Virus record (IMG/VR): IMGVR_UViG_3300033149_003588 | Span: 74,460 to 138,459 of that record | DNA: 64,000 nt | Direction: 5' to 3' (one strand) | Source of the DNA: a virus | Part shown: piece after piece, positions 1-10,539 of the stretch | Numbering within the stretch: position 1 is the first letter of the stretch | Layout: every line of letters starts with the position of its first letter | Notes under the pieces: generated by a model | Told to the model about the DNA's origin: nothing | What the model saw: the letters and a program-made list of their open reading frames with translations, nothing else | Databases searched by the model: none | Program-made: the position numbers and the translations under genes

Positions 1-2207
1 TCACCATATTTACTCTTTAATTTGTCTATAGTTTCAAGAGCCTGTAAAAAACTAGGATGATTAATCGCATTGCCATAAAATTGTCCACTGCCACCAGTTA
101 TATATATAACAAGTTTACCACCTTTGGCCACGGTATCAAAATACTTATCTACCTGTCTAACAAATTCAGGACCATAAAATGTATCAGTAGGAGCAAAAAT
201 CGCGGCATGTTTTTCACCCACTCCACCACCCAATACGGGTATTATACCACCGGGAGTATTATGTGTCGCAGGTAATGCCATAATAGGTATATCAATGTCA
301 TCAATTGTAACATGAAAAACATCGCCACTATCTATAAATTCGATATTATCCTTAAAATCCTTTATATTAACTACTTCTTTATTATTAAACATAGCAGATT
401 TTTTACCATCAAGTAGTCCTTCTAACATACGGTATTCAACTTCGGTAACATAAATCTTTAAATCAGGGTTTATCTTTAACATATCAGATAAACCTAAAAT
501 ATGATCTGGATGTGTATGCGTCAACACTATACCACTTATTTTCTTACTATTATCTATTTCGCGAGGATCGAGTGTAATACCAAGAGCTTCAAGATTTTTG
601 TTAAAAAAAGAATATGGGGCCATATCTGGTCTGGCAATGTCCTCAGCAATGCCAGTGTCTATTAAAAGGTTGCCAACTATATGATCAATATTGCCCTTGG
701 TCTTTATTACTTGAACTATGGATATATTCCCAGCTGTATTTGTTGCCGTATGATATGAAAATGGTATGACACGTATTTTATCATAATTAGTAGCACTATG
801 TAATCCAGCAACCCAGTTATGATATTTCGTCGTATCAATACGGTGCTCTATAGCAGCATGCACCATATCGGTAGTCATATGCTCTATCGCCATTGAAGCC
901 CTTTTGGTAACCAAATCTGGCCTCCAGGCTTCATCAGAGAATAATATGGGTTTAATAGAACCAAATTTTCTAGCAGCATTAATAATATTAGTGTCAGACG
1001 TTAGTATAATGCCAGGGCCCCATTCAAAAACACGATGATAGGCATCCTGCTTGTCAACACCCCTGATTGCCGCTGTAATACCAACCGGTGCATTAAGATT
1101 TTTTACGCTTTCCCATATTAGCTTTTCATCTTTACCAGAACTAGATGTGTAAATCACAATGGCATTGTCAACACGATCATATAGTCTATTTAAATTATCA
1201 ACAGCGCTGGGAATAACCGTACCATCTGAAGCATATATATATTTATCTATATCAACATATATAGCAATCCTACCAGCACTAGTTAAATGCTCTTTAGAAA
1301 GCCTGCTCACCTTGGCCCCATGATAACTAACTAACTGTGATGATAATTCATCAGAAATCGATGGACCAATAATATTGCTAGCAATATGATCACCATATAA
1401 ATATATATTAGGGAGCTCTCTATTAGTTGGTTTCCTATTAGTTATCTCAAATACTCTAGACTGCTTACTCCTTAAATAATCTAAGAACTTTGTTTTCTGT
1501 AATACATCTTTCTCCTTATGTGCCCCAAATGACATCTTAACTAACTTACCATGAGGATCGTGAATCCCATCCAAATCATTAGAGTGCTCTGCTAATATGC
1601 CAATCTTGCTCTTCGTCCTAGTAGCATGTGTCACCCTGAATTTCACCCTACACCTTGTAGGAATATGACCATTAGATACAGCATCTAACATCTCCACTAA
1701 CTCATCATTAGATAATTTATCCGACAAATAAACATCACTAATAACATGATGCCCAGAAATAACTGCTATTATATCATCAACCCCCATAGTACTCGACCCA
1801 TCAAAATCAATGGCCAATGAGATGCTCTTATCAACTGACGAAAACCTATTAATCACTGCAGATATCTCATCAATGTCAGATAATAATTCATCGTGAGCAG
1901 CAAACGTAATACTGTCGAATCCCCTATCAATTAATGCACTCTGAAGTGCATCAACATGTATTTTGGGGCCAACACTATCATAAATCACATGCCCTATGTT
2001 TTTATATCGAGATATCCTGTTCTTCAAGGTATTTCTAAGTGTAGCCTCGTCGACTTTATGAATTACAATACTCTTTATAACATCATTAATATCAGATGAT
2101 AATTCTGGGACATAAATATTATTACGCCCCATAATAATAAGCATGTCTGCTATTAAGTCGGAGGAATCAACAATAATTGGAATAGTAATGTGTCTATATT
2201 GAGACAT
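1..2207 (-). CDS. Large multidomain hydrolase (>735 aa, truncated at window edge): N-terminal beta/alpha region, HAD-like domain and metallo-beta-lactamase-fold domain
   Basis: Absent from the ORF track. Manual translation from ATG at 2207 (MSQYRHITIP...) is open to base 1. Motifs: LAIDFDG (aa ~134), IYVDIDNN (aa 319-321) followed by IVIYTSSSGK, LLIDTG (D517), VLTHTHPDHILGL (HxHxDH, aa 564-569), ATHNTPG (H649). Confidence 0.8.
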   Translation of the reverse strand, partial: MSQYRHITIPIIVDSSDLIADMLIIMGRNNIYVPELSSDINDVIKSIVIHKVDEATLRNTLKNRISRYKNIGHVIYDSVGPKIHVDALQSALIDRGFDSITFAAHDELLSDIDEISAVINRFSSVDKSISLAIDFDGSSTMGVDDIIAVISGHHVISDVYLSDKLSNDELVEMLDAVSNGHIPTRCRVKFRVTHATRTKSKIGILAEHSNDLDGIHDPHGKLVKMSFGAHKEKDVLQKTKFLDYLRSKQSRVFEITNRKPTNRELPNIYLYGDHIASNIIGPSISDELSSQLVSYHGAKVSRLSKEHLTSAGRIAIYVDIDKYIYASDGTVIPSAVDNLNRLYDRVDNAIVIYTSSSGKDEKLIWESVKNLNAPVGITAAIRGVDKQDAYHRVFEWGPGIILTSDTNIINAARKFGSIKPILFSDEAWRPDLVTKRASMAIEHMTTDMVHAAIEHRIDTTKYHNWVAGLHSATNYDKIRVIPFSYHTATNTAGNISIVQVIKTKGNIDHIVGNLLIDTGIAEDIARPDMAPYSFFNKNLEALGITLDPREIDNSKKISGIVLTHTHPDHILGLSDMLKINPDLKIYVTEVEYRMLEGLLDGKKSAMFNNKEVVNIKDFKDNIEFIDSGDVFHVTIDDIDIPIMALPATHNTPGGIIPVLGGGVGEKHAAIFAPTDTFYGPEFVRQVDKYFDTVAKGGKLVIYITGGSGQFYGNAINHPSFLQALETIDKLKSKYG

Positions 2208-2215
2208 AATATATT

Positions 2216-2243
2216 TAGGACGGGCAATACATCGCCCGTCCCA
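2216..2243 (-). promoter_or_regulatory. GC-rich hairpin between portal and the HAD-MBL gene
   Basis: Minus-strand RNA UGGGACGGGC-GAUGUAUU-GCCCGUCCUA forms a 10-bp stem, 8 nt before the ATG at 2207. No U-tract follows. Confidence 0.5.
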
Positions 2244-2270
2244 TTAGTCTAATGCATGATTATTACATTA

Positions 2271-4022
2271 TTAAAGCATCGGAATTCCACCACCCTTGCC
2301 ACCCCCCTCACCTTTGTCCTCCAGTTGTGCTGGTAGTGTACCCAATTCATTTTGCCTCTCCAATAGTTTGGCTTCGTGGCGAGTGGCAGCAAGTCTCTCT
2401 AATTGTATCAATGCCATTTCATCCTTGAAATTTAGATTCAATTTACTTGCGGCAGTATGCTTAGACATAATACCAGCCATGAGAGCACCAGATAGTGCAT
2501 TAATGGTACCAGGAAGGTCTTCAGTATCTAATGCAGGGAAGTTTATAGATATTACATCAATAATCGGCTTATCAACTTTCTTTACTTCACCCTTATCATC
2601 GATCTCTTCTGTTTCTACAGTATAGGTGGGTTGTAATTCTTTCCGCAATTTTACGCCAACATATAATATAAAGAATATTATTCCATACCTATAAGCATAC
2701 TCCCATGTAGCCTGCATGGCTTCCATTATTCTAACAAATGTAAATTTGGTTTCGTTAGATGGTGCCTGACCAGCATATTCAACATTACCAGTGGCAATCG
2801 GCTCGGGTAATAACGACCCATGCACAGCCATTAATTGAATAAATCTAAGATCGCCAGCCGCTTCTCCAGCACCCAAATTGGGTGCCTTATAATCATATTT
2901 AAAACGATTAGAGTGAATATTTATCTGCCCGGGCCTCGGAGGGTACCTGCGTAATTGCTTTCTTATTTTTTCTACATCTTCCCTACCACCCTGTACTTCA
3001 ATATCTAGTACATTGGCACTGCGATACTTATTAACAATAATACGATATGTTTTTAGTATCTCGTCCTCCTTCAACCACCTCAATATAGATGATAAAAATG
3101 GCAGCCCTCTCGATCTAGTACTTATAAGTGGATTTTTAATATGAAACACAAATCTGCGCCATTTAGCATTGCGAATAAGTGCCTTGATATCCTGTTGACC
3201 CCTAGTTAACGAAGTAATTCTTTGGTGACTACTGGTAGACCCATCGGTTTTATCAGATGGGGCAATAAATCTACTGGGAGCTGTAGCTTCCCATGGAACA
3301 TCTGCCCTACACAATAAATGAGTTCTAACATTCCAATTATCATCTATAATATCTAGACTAGGTATAACTTCAACTACACTATTCGTAACCTTGGTAGCAA
3401 CTGACTGCCCCTTACTAAGGGTAGCCTTTTGAATCCGCCTTTTACGCACAAACCATAACGGCGTATTGTAATCATCATACGGATCATATAGTATATCTGT
3501 TATTTCTTTACTCTCAATATCTCTTATAGTAATATTATTCGCGGCATCCACTTCAAACAGCAAAAAACACTCTCCATCGAGCAATAGCCTATTCATAAAC
3601 ATTCTTTGATTGAACTTGAGTCTATTCTTTCTAGAATTAATCACCCTATCTATATGAAGCTTAACATCGGGCTCCTCGCTATCAACAACCATATCACGCC
3701 CAACAACCATATTGGCAATAACATGGATTATCCTCCATGCTAGTGGATTATGTAAAAATGCATCCCAAGAACTTTCGACTTGCTTCTGGTGCTTGGTGAG
3801 CGGCAAATCTCGTTTATATAAACCAGCATTATCCCCCAAATTGGTCCACCCACGATCCGACTCAGAAGATTGTGCAGTTACAACGACAGCTTCTTGAATT
3901 TGTTCAGCGAGTTCTTCATTAATATAATCAGATATTTCATCATTAGAATGCTTCAATTCATCTATTTGTTTTTCAAGCCTATCCACGCCAGTCCACTTAT
4001 CAATTATATCTTTAATAAACAT
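2271..4022 (-). CDS. Portal protein
   Basis: 583 aa directly after TerL, with portal-like segments NPLAWRIIHVIANMVVG, LLLDGECFL and RSRGLPFLSSIL. Confidence 0.85.
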   Translation of the reverse strand: MFIKDIIDKWTGVDRLEKQIDELKHSNDEISDYINEELAEQIQEAVVVTAQSSESDRGWTNLGDNAGLYKRDLPLTKHQKQVESSWDAFLHNPLAWRIIHVIANMVVGRDMVVDSEEPDVKLHIDRVINSRKNRLKFNQRMFMNRLLLDGECFLLFEVDAANNITIRDIESKEITDILYDPYDDYNTPLWFVRKRRIQKATLSKGQSVATKVTNSVVEVIPSLDIIDDNWNVRTHLLCRADVPWEATAPSRFIAPSDKTDGSTSSHQRITSLTRGQQDIKALIRNAKWRRFVFHIKNPLISTRSRGLPFLSSILRWLKEDEILKTYRIIVNKYRSANVLDIEVQGGREDVEKIRKQLRRYPPRPGQINIHSNRFKYDYKAPNLGAGEAAGDLRFIQLMAVHGSLLPEPIATGNVEYAGQAPSNETKFTFVRIMEAMQATWEYAYRYGIIFFILYVGVKLRKELQPTYTVETEEIDDKGEVKKVDKPIIDVISINFPALDTEDLPGTINALSGALMAGIMSKHTAASKLNLNFKDEMALIQLERLAATRHEAKLLERQNELGTLPAQLEDKGEGGGKGGGIPML

Positions 4023-4033
4023 AATGCTCCTTA

Positions 4034-5749
4034 TTACTTTTTATCAGAGAAATCATATTGTGAATCCTTGAAATATGAATCATATGTATCATCACCTACC
4101 TCGATACGACCAACAACATCCTGATATCTAGTTAAACTAGCATCATCCATAATAGTAATATCATCAGTAGATCCACCGTATCCGGCATAATCAAATTCTT
4201 CCAACATAAGACAAATTAACGCATCACAAAAATGATCATTGCGTTTAACAATTCTACCCATCTTATTTCTACGCCATCCCTTAAGTTGTTTTGTAAAAAC
4301 CACGGTATCGTGCCCACAATCCATAATAAATAGTTTATTGGCCTCAAAATAATATTTAATAACTCCCACTGCATCTTCTTTAAATTTATGAAAATTAACA
4401 GGATGAACACTAAACCCTATTCTAGCCAAATAATCATTCTGAAATGGGTGACTCTGATCAGCCCACACCTCGGTAATGCCTGTTTCAACTCTGAGCGCAT
4501 CTAACCATTCCCTTATTTGAGTGTCAGTTGTGTTATTAAAAGCTTTCTGTTTAAACAAAATATAGTCCCTGTTATGATCTATCTGCGCCACCAATATAGC
4601 AGTCTGTCCTCTGGCACCCCAATCGATACCTATCTTGTAGCTATACTTAGAAAAATCTATACGATCCACACTCTTGGGGGCGCGAGCTATAGCACTATCT
4701 ACACTATGTGAATCCAAGACCCCCCCCACTATACTGGGACGTAACCCCATATAATCGGTCTCAAAAGTATTTGTATCTATCTTATCGACATAAAAAAACA
4801 TATCAGCCAGATCGAGCCACCCACCACCCAATCTGGCCTTACGTACATACTTAGCGCCACATATTGGGCATCTTTCAGTTGTAATGTGTGCTGGATGATG
4901 TTCTTTCCTAGTGCCATTCGGCATAATACAATCGCACACATATTTACAATATTGATTACGAATTCTTTCATGACACAAATTGCAGTCTCTATTGCATGGC
5001 TTAGATATATCAAATGCATCCCAACTATATCTAATGAATGGCTCTGAAAATCCTTCAATCTCAATATCATTTGCATCCCAAAATTCTTGAAATATACCAG
5101 TAGGCTTGTGGAAAGTGGTTAGCATTATTAGAACCTTAGGATCTGCAGTATTTATCATCGGCAATGCCGATCTTACTATATCATCTTCGGCCTCAAATAC
5201 CTCATCTATTACTAAAACACCAGGAACACCACTCCTACCAGGATGGGGACCACGAACAGACTTCTCTGATGCAGTCCTACAATTTACATATGGTATGGGA
5301 AATATGCCACCCTTAGTAATGCGTTCCCTTAGTAAATCACCGTCACCCATACTATCACGGGCTTCACTATCACTATATAAAAAACCAGATATATGATCAT
5401 AAACAGCCCTAGCTTGCTCTTCACTACCACCCAGATTGACACACTGAGCATTTAAAAACATCCATGCTGCATATTCTATCATCGCAACTAAATAACTCTT
5501 ACCAGAACCTCTAGGCCCAACCATTAATACCCTAGTGTCCTTGCCAGCACGTATTCTATTATAAATAGTATTAAACATAATGCGAATTTTGGGTGGGAAC
5601 AAAGCATTATGTCTAGTTTCAAAATATTTTATTGGATCATCTCGATATTTCTCTATAAATGTCGGCTCTATATTGATCCCATTAATAAGATCTTCAATAG
5701 AAGTGTTAAGTTCTATTAATTTGCTACCTATGCCTTTATACTCACTCAT
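4034..5749 (-). CDS. terL: Terminase large subunit
   Basis: Walker A GPRGSGKS, Walker B LVIDE, coupling motif LTT, RNase H-like nuclease IGIDWG...WADQSH...NDHFCDAL. Confidence 0.93.
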   Translation of the reverse strand: MSEYKGIGSKLIELNTSIEDLINGINIEPTFIEKYRDDPIKYFETRHNALFPPKIRIMFNTIYNRIRAGKDTRVLMVGPRGSGKSYLVAMIEYAAWMFLNAQCVNLGGSEEQARAVYDHISGFLYSDSEARDSMGDGDLLRERITKGGIFPIPYVNCRTASEKSVRGPHPGRSGVPGVLVIDEVFEAEDDIVRSALPMINTADPKVLIMLTTFHKPTGIFQEFWDANDIEIEGFSEPFIRYSWDAFDISKPCNRDCNLCHERIRNQYCKYVCDCIMPNGTRKEHHPAHITTERCPICGAKYVRKARLGGGWLDLADMFFYVDKIDTNTFETDYMGLRPSIVGGVLDSHSVDSAIARAPKSVDRIDFSKYSYKIGIDWGARGQTAILVAQIDHNRDYILFKQKAFNNTTDTQIREWLDALRVETGITEVWADQSHPFQNDYLARIGFSVHPVNFHKFKEDAVGVIKYYFEANKLFIMDCGHDTVVFTKQLKGWRRNKMGRIVKRNDHFCDALICLMLEEFDYAGYGGSTDDITIMDDASLTRYQDVVGRIEVGDDTYDSYFKDSQYDFSDKK

Positions 5750-5775
5750 AGTTTATTAGTACAATATATCCATTA

Positions 5776-6354
5776 TTAGTCAACTACTTCATATTGTGCA
5801 TCTTGAACTTCTGTAACAGCAGGTATTGATTTAAGATTAATATTAATTTTTTTTAATTGCCGATTAAGCTGGGCGGTAAATTCTTTCTTTATTTCAGGAT
5901 ATGATTCTAATATATTATTAATAATCGATAATAATGCCTGCTGTGCAGCATATGCCTTATCTACAGTGTGGGTGACCTCTATTTTATTAGTAAGTAATTG
6001 TAAAACCTTCGCCTTCGCAAGGGACGCATCCATAATTTTACCAAATAGAGCAATTTTGTTTTTAACGCTTATTTCTTCATCTCCCTCTAACAATGTCCAA
6101 CAATGTCGATTAACAAGCTCCAATTCTTTAAGACGATCATATATGTGCCTAGATTTGTCATCAAGAATATTATTTTTCTCTAGTTTATCCCTAATAGCAT
6201 CAGTACGGGTGGCTATGGCATCAATAATATCTCCATCCGAGGCATTAATACCAACCTCCTGCAATAATTTACGTATATCTGGTATGGTAAGATCTTTAGA
6301 TACTGCCTCGGAAATTATACGAGTCATGTCCTCTTTATCATAATCTACTGCCAA
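5776..6354 (-). CDS. Putative terminase small subunit
   Basis: 192 aa, helical, with an N-terminal HTH-like segment, immediately upstream of terL. Confidence 0.5.
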   Translation of the reverse strand: MAVDYDKEDMTRIISEAVSKDLTIPDIRKLLQEVGINASDGDIIDAIATRTDAIRDKLEKNNILDDKSRHIYDRLKELELVNRHCWTLLEGDEEISVKNKIALFGKIMDASLAKAKVLQLLTNKIEVTHTVDKAYAAQQALLSIINNILESYPEIKKEFTAQLNRQLKKININLKSIPAVTEVQDAQYEVVD

Positions 6355-6375
6355 TATATCCTCCTATAATGTCCA

Positions 6376-7260
6376 TTATGTACCCTTAATCTGGCGATCC
6401 CGCTGTGCCTTTTTCCTACATAAAACTGAACAATACTTTTGAAACGGCTTAGGATTCTCAATAATATTATCGCAATACTTATATGCACATTTTATTGGAG
6501 TAACTTTGGATTTATTCATCCTGGACTTCTTGCGTAAAAACGACATTCTACATTTCGCAGAACAATATTTTTTGACAGATCCTATTGGAACATTAAATTC
6601 GACACCACAATTCGGACATACTTTAGTAATAGTGGTAACGATATTGTTATTTTCATCGAGAGTAACTTGTCTAAACTTATTAAGTGCCAATGCAAGATGT
6701 TCTTTAATGGCAAACCAGGAAACCCCCTTATAGCTGGCAATCTGAGGCATTGACATATGATCATAGAAATACATATATAGTGTAGACCGCTGTTCATCTG
6801 TAAATATATTAGATTTATCACATATCAACTTCAACAGAACACGCAACTCCGTCGAAGTCAGATCAAATTCTGACTGACGCGGTAACATAACATAGCCTAA
6901 AGTCTTAATCTTATCCATAATACATTTGTTATAATAATGAGTTATACATGCTTCCCCATCATAACCGTCATTCGGAGTATCTTCGCTATCCCCAGATAAA
7001 TAATCATATGACACAGACGCTAGAGAATCATTTTCAAAAATATTTGGATCCATGGGTACTTCTACAAACATCCCCCTATTCATGTGGTCACCATTTATAT
7101 AATCCATAATAAGCTTATTGTGACATACAAATTTATAACTAGTTGATTTTTCTTGACATATATAATTTGTACACCCCTTACAACATGGAACAAGCGGATT
7201 AATCATTATAATGCCCGTTGCATCTACAATACTCAAGTATATCTGAATCCCCATGTTCAC
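6376..7260 (-). CDS. Sigma-70 region-4-like HTH protein with C-terminal zinc ribbons
   Basis: FTDEQRSTLYMYFYDHMSMPQIASYKGVS HTH, followed by CPNC..YCSAKC and CAYKYC..YCSVLC. Confidence 0.6.
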   Translation of the reverse strand: MNMGIQIYLSIVDATGIIMINPLVPCCKGCTNYICQEKSTSYKFVCHNKLIMDYINGDHMNRGMFVEVPMDPNIFENDSLASVSYDYLSGDSEDTPNDGYDGEACITHYYNKCIMDKIKTLGYVMLPRQSEFDLTSTELRVLLKLICDKSNIFTDEQRSTLYMYFYDHMSMPQIASYKGVSWFAIKEHLALALNKFRQVTLDENNNIVTTITKVCPNCGVEFNVPIGSVKKYCSAKCRMSFLRKKSRMNKSKVTPIKCAYKYCDNIIENPKPFQKYCSVLCRKKAQRDRQIKGT

Positions 7261-8933
7261 TATAATGTCTCCATATAATAATCACCTACCACACCATTAA
7301 TTGAGTTCAATGTTAATACATGATCGAAATTATTTTTCAATACCCCAACATCACTATGCGTTATAAGTATCAACAACCCTATATTATATCTGTCCACACA
7401 ATATCTAAGCATATCAACAAATTTGTCCCTATAAATTATATCCATTGCTCCAAGCCCTTCATCTATGGCAGCTATTCTGGGAGCCTTAGGATACCTTTTA
7501 TAAAATATAGATAACATAGCAATTCTTAAAGCAAATGATATCCATACCTTCTGGGAATATGACAAAGCACTAATATGATATTCAATATTCGTTGATCTCT
7601 TTATAAATGAAAAAGTAATCCCCTTACTCGTCTTCCCACTCGTAAATTGCTTGTCAGTATTTATCTTGAATACAAAAGGAAACTCGATCCTATTAAGAAT
7701 GTCATTCACAGCTACCTCGATAAATTGCTTATACTTATTAAATATCGACAATTGAATCCCATTGCTACCAAATATCTTGGTCAAATTATTATATATAATT
7801 ATATCTTTATTATATCGTTCTTTCTCTTGCAATAAAGTAACTCGTTGCTCTTCGAGTGACTCAGCAATACCCCTATCATGTGCAAACTGCTGAATCTTAC
7901 TCATCAAGATAGATGAACAACGTTTTGCAAGTTTATATCTATGTTCTGCAAAATCATCCAGAATATCACAGGTATTAACCCGAGATCCAGAAGCTATAAT
8001 GGTTTGTAATCTATTAATCCTATCCATTATAATATCAGCGTTATCACTACTTAGTTTTTCTATTATCAACCTTAGCATATTTACATTAGAGCCACACACT
8101 GGGCATATCATGTCATTTTGATAATTCATCAAGGCGGATATAAGAGTCGGATCATATGTCTCAGTGTTACGCAATATTTCTAATTCGTAACGAGCACACT
8201 CAACCTCGCGCAACTTATTAATCTGCGCACGTATCATAGGTAGTGTAACACCAGAACATTTAACAGAATATCTCTCGGCATATCTATTAAAATTATCCAA
8301 TTTCTTTTTTAATCGATCAATATGTTCAGCAGAAACACAATAAACATCATCACTAGGTAATTGTTTTAATTTATATTCCACATCACTTAACAATAATTTT
8401 ATTTCCTTTAACTTATGTTTAGTATCACCATTATACTGTTCCCAACTATCTAACTGTAAAAGATAATACAATAACGACTTGATACCCTTATCAGTGCTAG
8501 CAATCAAATCGTTCCCATATTCCTGGCTCATGTATAATATATTATCTACCACATTTGTTGTTATCCCAGTAATAGATTTTATAAACTCCTTTATATCTGG
8601 CTGTCTATTGCCCCCCTGCGCCTCGCCATTCACCATACACTTTAATATTGTGCCGTCTTTCTGCTTACCCCTAATAATAGAAATACCATCATATGATAGC
8701 ATAACGCTCATATCATCATATTTTTGGGGGTGTCGTCTAACAAGCTCACCGATAGTTTTAAACTTATTCCATCCAGACATGACATACCATATAGCTTCAC
8801 ATAAACTAGATTTGCCAACATAATTATTGCCACCATCTTCTCTAACACCTCTTAATAACATTAGACCAGATGATGGCAATTCTATATTAATATCACTAAA
8901 TAATTTAAAATTGTGGATTTTTAATAATATCAT
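7260..8933 (-). CDS. sbcC: SbcC/Rad50 (gp46-like) ATPase
   Basis: N-terminal GKS Walker A, CPVC zinc hook, LSYSQ signature, AIDEG Walker B, ITH. Confidence 0.9.
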   Translation of the reverse strand: MILLKIHNFKLFSDINIELPSSGLMLLRGVREDGGNNYVGKSSLCEAIWYVMSGWNKFKTIGELVRRHPQKYDDMSVMLSYDGISIIRGKQKDGTILKCMVNGEAQGGNRQPDIKEFIKSITGITTNVVDNILYMSQEYGNDLIASTDKGIKSLLYYLLQLDSWEQYNGDTKHKLKEIKLLLSDVEYKLKQLPSDDVYCVSAEHIDRLKKKLDNFNRYAERYSVKCSGVTLPMIRAQINKLREVECARYELEILRNTETYDPTLISALMNYQNDMICPVCGSNVNMLRLIIEKLSSDNADIIMDRINRLQTIIASGSRVNTCDILDDFAEHRYKLAKRCSSILMSKIQQFAHDRGIAESLEEQRVTLLQEKERYNKDIIIYNNLTKIFGSNGIQLSIFNKYKQFIEVAVNDILNRIEFPFVFKINTDKQFTSGKTSKGITFSFIKRSTNIEYHISALSYSQKVWISFALRIAMLSIFYKRYPKAPRIAAIDEGLGAMDIIYRDKFVDMLRYCVDRYNIGLLILITHSDVGVLKNNFDHVLTLNSINGVVGDYYMETL

Positions 8934-8966
8934 CTACATTGTGTCCCTGGATCATGCCCAATTTGA

Positions 8967-9896
8967 CTAATCAACACTAGCTGATCGAATAATATCCACC
9001 CCAGTCTTAATAGTATCATCACGATACTGAAAATCAAAAGCATTTACATAATCGATAAATATGTCAACATCATCATCGCCAGTATCAAGATAACTACATT
9101 CAGCATCTGTATCTTCTTGTTTATTGTCATATGGCTTGATATAAACAATACAATCATCGAACACATCACTATCAATTGGATTAGAAAGAACCACAATACT
9201 ACCAGGAGACACATCGTATTGGCTATATGGATTAACCACAACTGGCCTGGTCGGAGTTGATATACACTCATGTTCCAATGTATTAATATCAAATACTACA
9301 AAATATTTATCCTCAAATATTTCGCTAGCTCTTGTATAATCCACACTACCTGGATACAAGATATCACCCCTATTACTATAGGTATGTATATCCCCCAAAA
9401 CATAATATCTGGCACCAGGCAAATCACTAATACCAAAATGTCCATGTCCCTTCTTGAGAAATTCATTCAACCTAACATGTGACATTAATATCATGTCAGG
9501 GATATCATCAATATCTAGGTATTCCAAATTTGGATTAAACGATACCAATCTTATTTTATCACCTATATCATATGTGTTATCCACAATAATGACATTACCA
9601 GACCCACCAACTATCTCTTCTATCGGTGATAACACATTAACACCATCGGGACACCAATCATGATTACCCAGTATAATATAAACCCTCAAGTTAGCATCCG
9701 TCAATCTCCTAATAAAAGAATGAAATATAACTTGCTCACCTATGTTTGGGTGCGAAGATTCATATATATCACCGAGTATTATAACATCATGGCCAAGAGT
9801 AATAAGTCGCACGGCCAGGAATGTAAACATAATATCAGTGTTAGCATATTTGTTTCTAGTATTAATGTGTAAATCTGCTAATATTGAATATTTCAT
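8967..9896 (-). CDS. sbcD: SbcD/Mre11 (gp47-like) metallophosphoesterase nuclease
   Basis: ADLH, LGDIY, GNHD, LGDIH and YPGS motifs; adjacent to sbcC. Confidence 0.9.
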   Translation of the reverse strand: MKYSILADLHINTRNKYANTDIMFTFLAVRLITLGHDVIILGDIYESSHPNIGEQVIFHSFIRRLTDANLRVYIILGNHDWCPDGVNVLSPIEEIVGGSGNVIIVDNTYDIGDKIRLVSFNPNLEYLDIDDIPDMILMSHVRLNEFLKKGHGHFGISDLPGARYYVLGDIHTYSNRGDILYPGSVDYTRASEIFEDKYFVVFDINTLEHECISTPTRPVVVNPYSQYDVSPGSIVVLSNPIDSDVFDDCIVYIKPYDNKQEDTDAECSYLDTGDDDVDIFIDYVNAFDFQYRDDTIKTGVDIIRSASVD

Positions 9897-10198
9897 TTCA
9901 TCAATGCCAAAGTCTTTTGCTCTAATGTATCATATGGGATAGCACCAATGGCTATATCTATAACCTCATCATCCATAATCCATATAACAGTTGGTATGCT
10001 CATTATATGATATGCGTCAGCCATTTGAGGACAAGTGTCTACGTCAACCTTATATATGTCAACTCGATTATCCATTTCTTTATCAAGTTTTTTAATATTC
10101 GGTGTCATAGCCCCACATGGCCCACACCACAGTGCACTAAAATATAGAATAGTTAATCTATCTCTAACCATATTCATATTGTCGTCCCATTCCTTCAT
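9893..10198 (-). CDS. trxA: Thioredoxin
   Basis: WCGPC active site and cis-Pro motif SIPT. Confidence 0.93.
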   Translation of the reverse strand: MKEWDDNMNMVRDRLTILYFSALWCGPCGAMTPNIKKLDKEMDNRVDIYKVDVDTCPQMADAYHIMSIPTVIWIMDDEVIDIAIGAIPYDTLEQKTLALMK

Positions 10199-10539
10199 TT
10201 TAACTCCTGAATATCGATTGTTGGCATGTTTAATTTCCTTTTAAATTCATTGTGCTTTGGCAAAACTAACTTAGGCACGAATCTATCTCTATAGCGCAAT
10301 ACAATATTAATATCAGCCACATTTGTAATAGTGGTACTTTTAATATTTTGTTCATACACATCATAGTCTATTTTCCCCAAAGTAGCCAACTGGACTACTG
10401 CACCTGACTCCACGCAAGTCCTTACAATACCGCAAAAACACCTAATAATATGATCTACAGTAGATAGATCAACACCAGTATCATTGGATACCATGGTCGA
10501 CAGGTCTGACACGCTAATATTTATTTTAGTTCTACTCAT
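10195..10539 (-). CDS. HU/IHF-like DNA-binding protein
   Basis: Two N-terminal helices, then VQLATLGKI as in the HU family. Confidence 0.65.
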   Translation of the reverse strand: MSRTKINISVSDLSTMVSNDTGVDLSTVDHIIRCFCGIVRTCVESGAVVQLATLGKIDYDVYEQNIKSTTITNVADINIVLRYRDRFVPKLVLPKHNEFKRKLNMPTIDIQELK

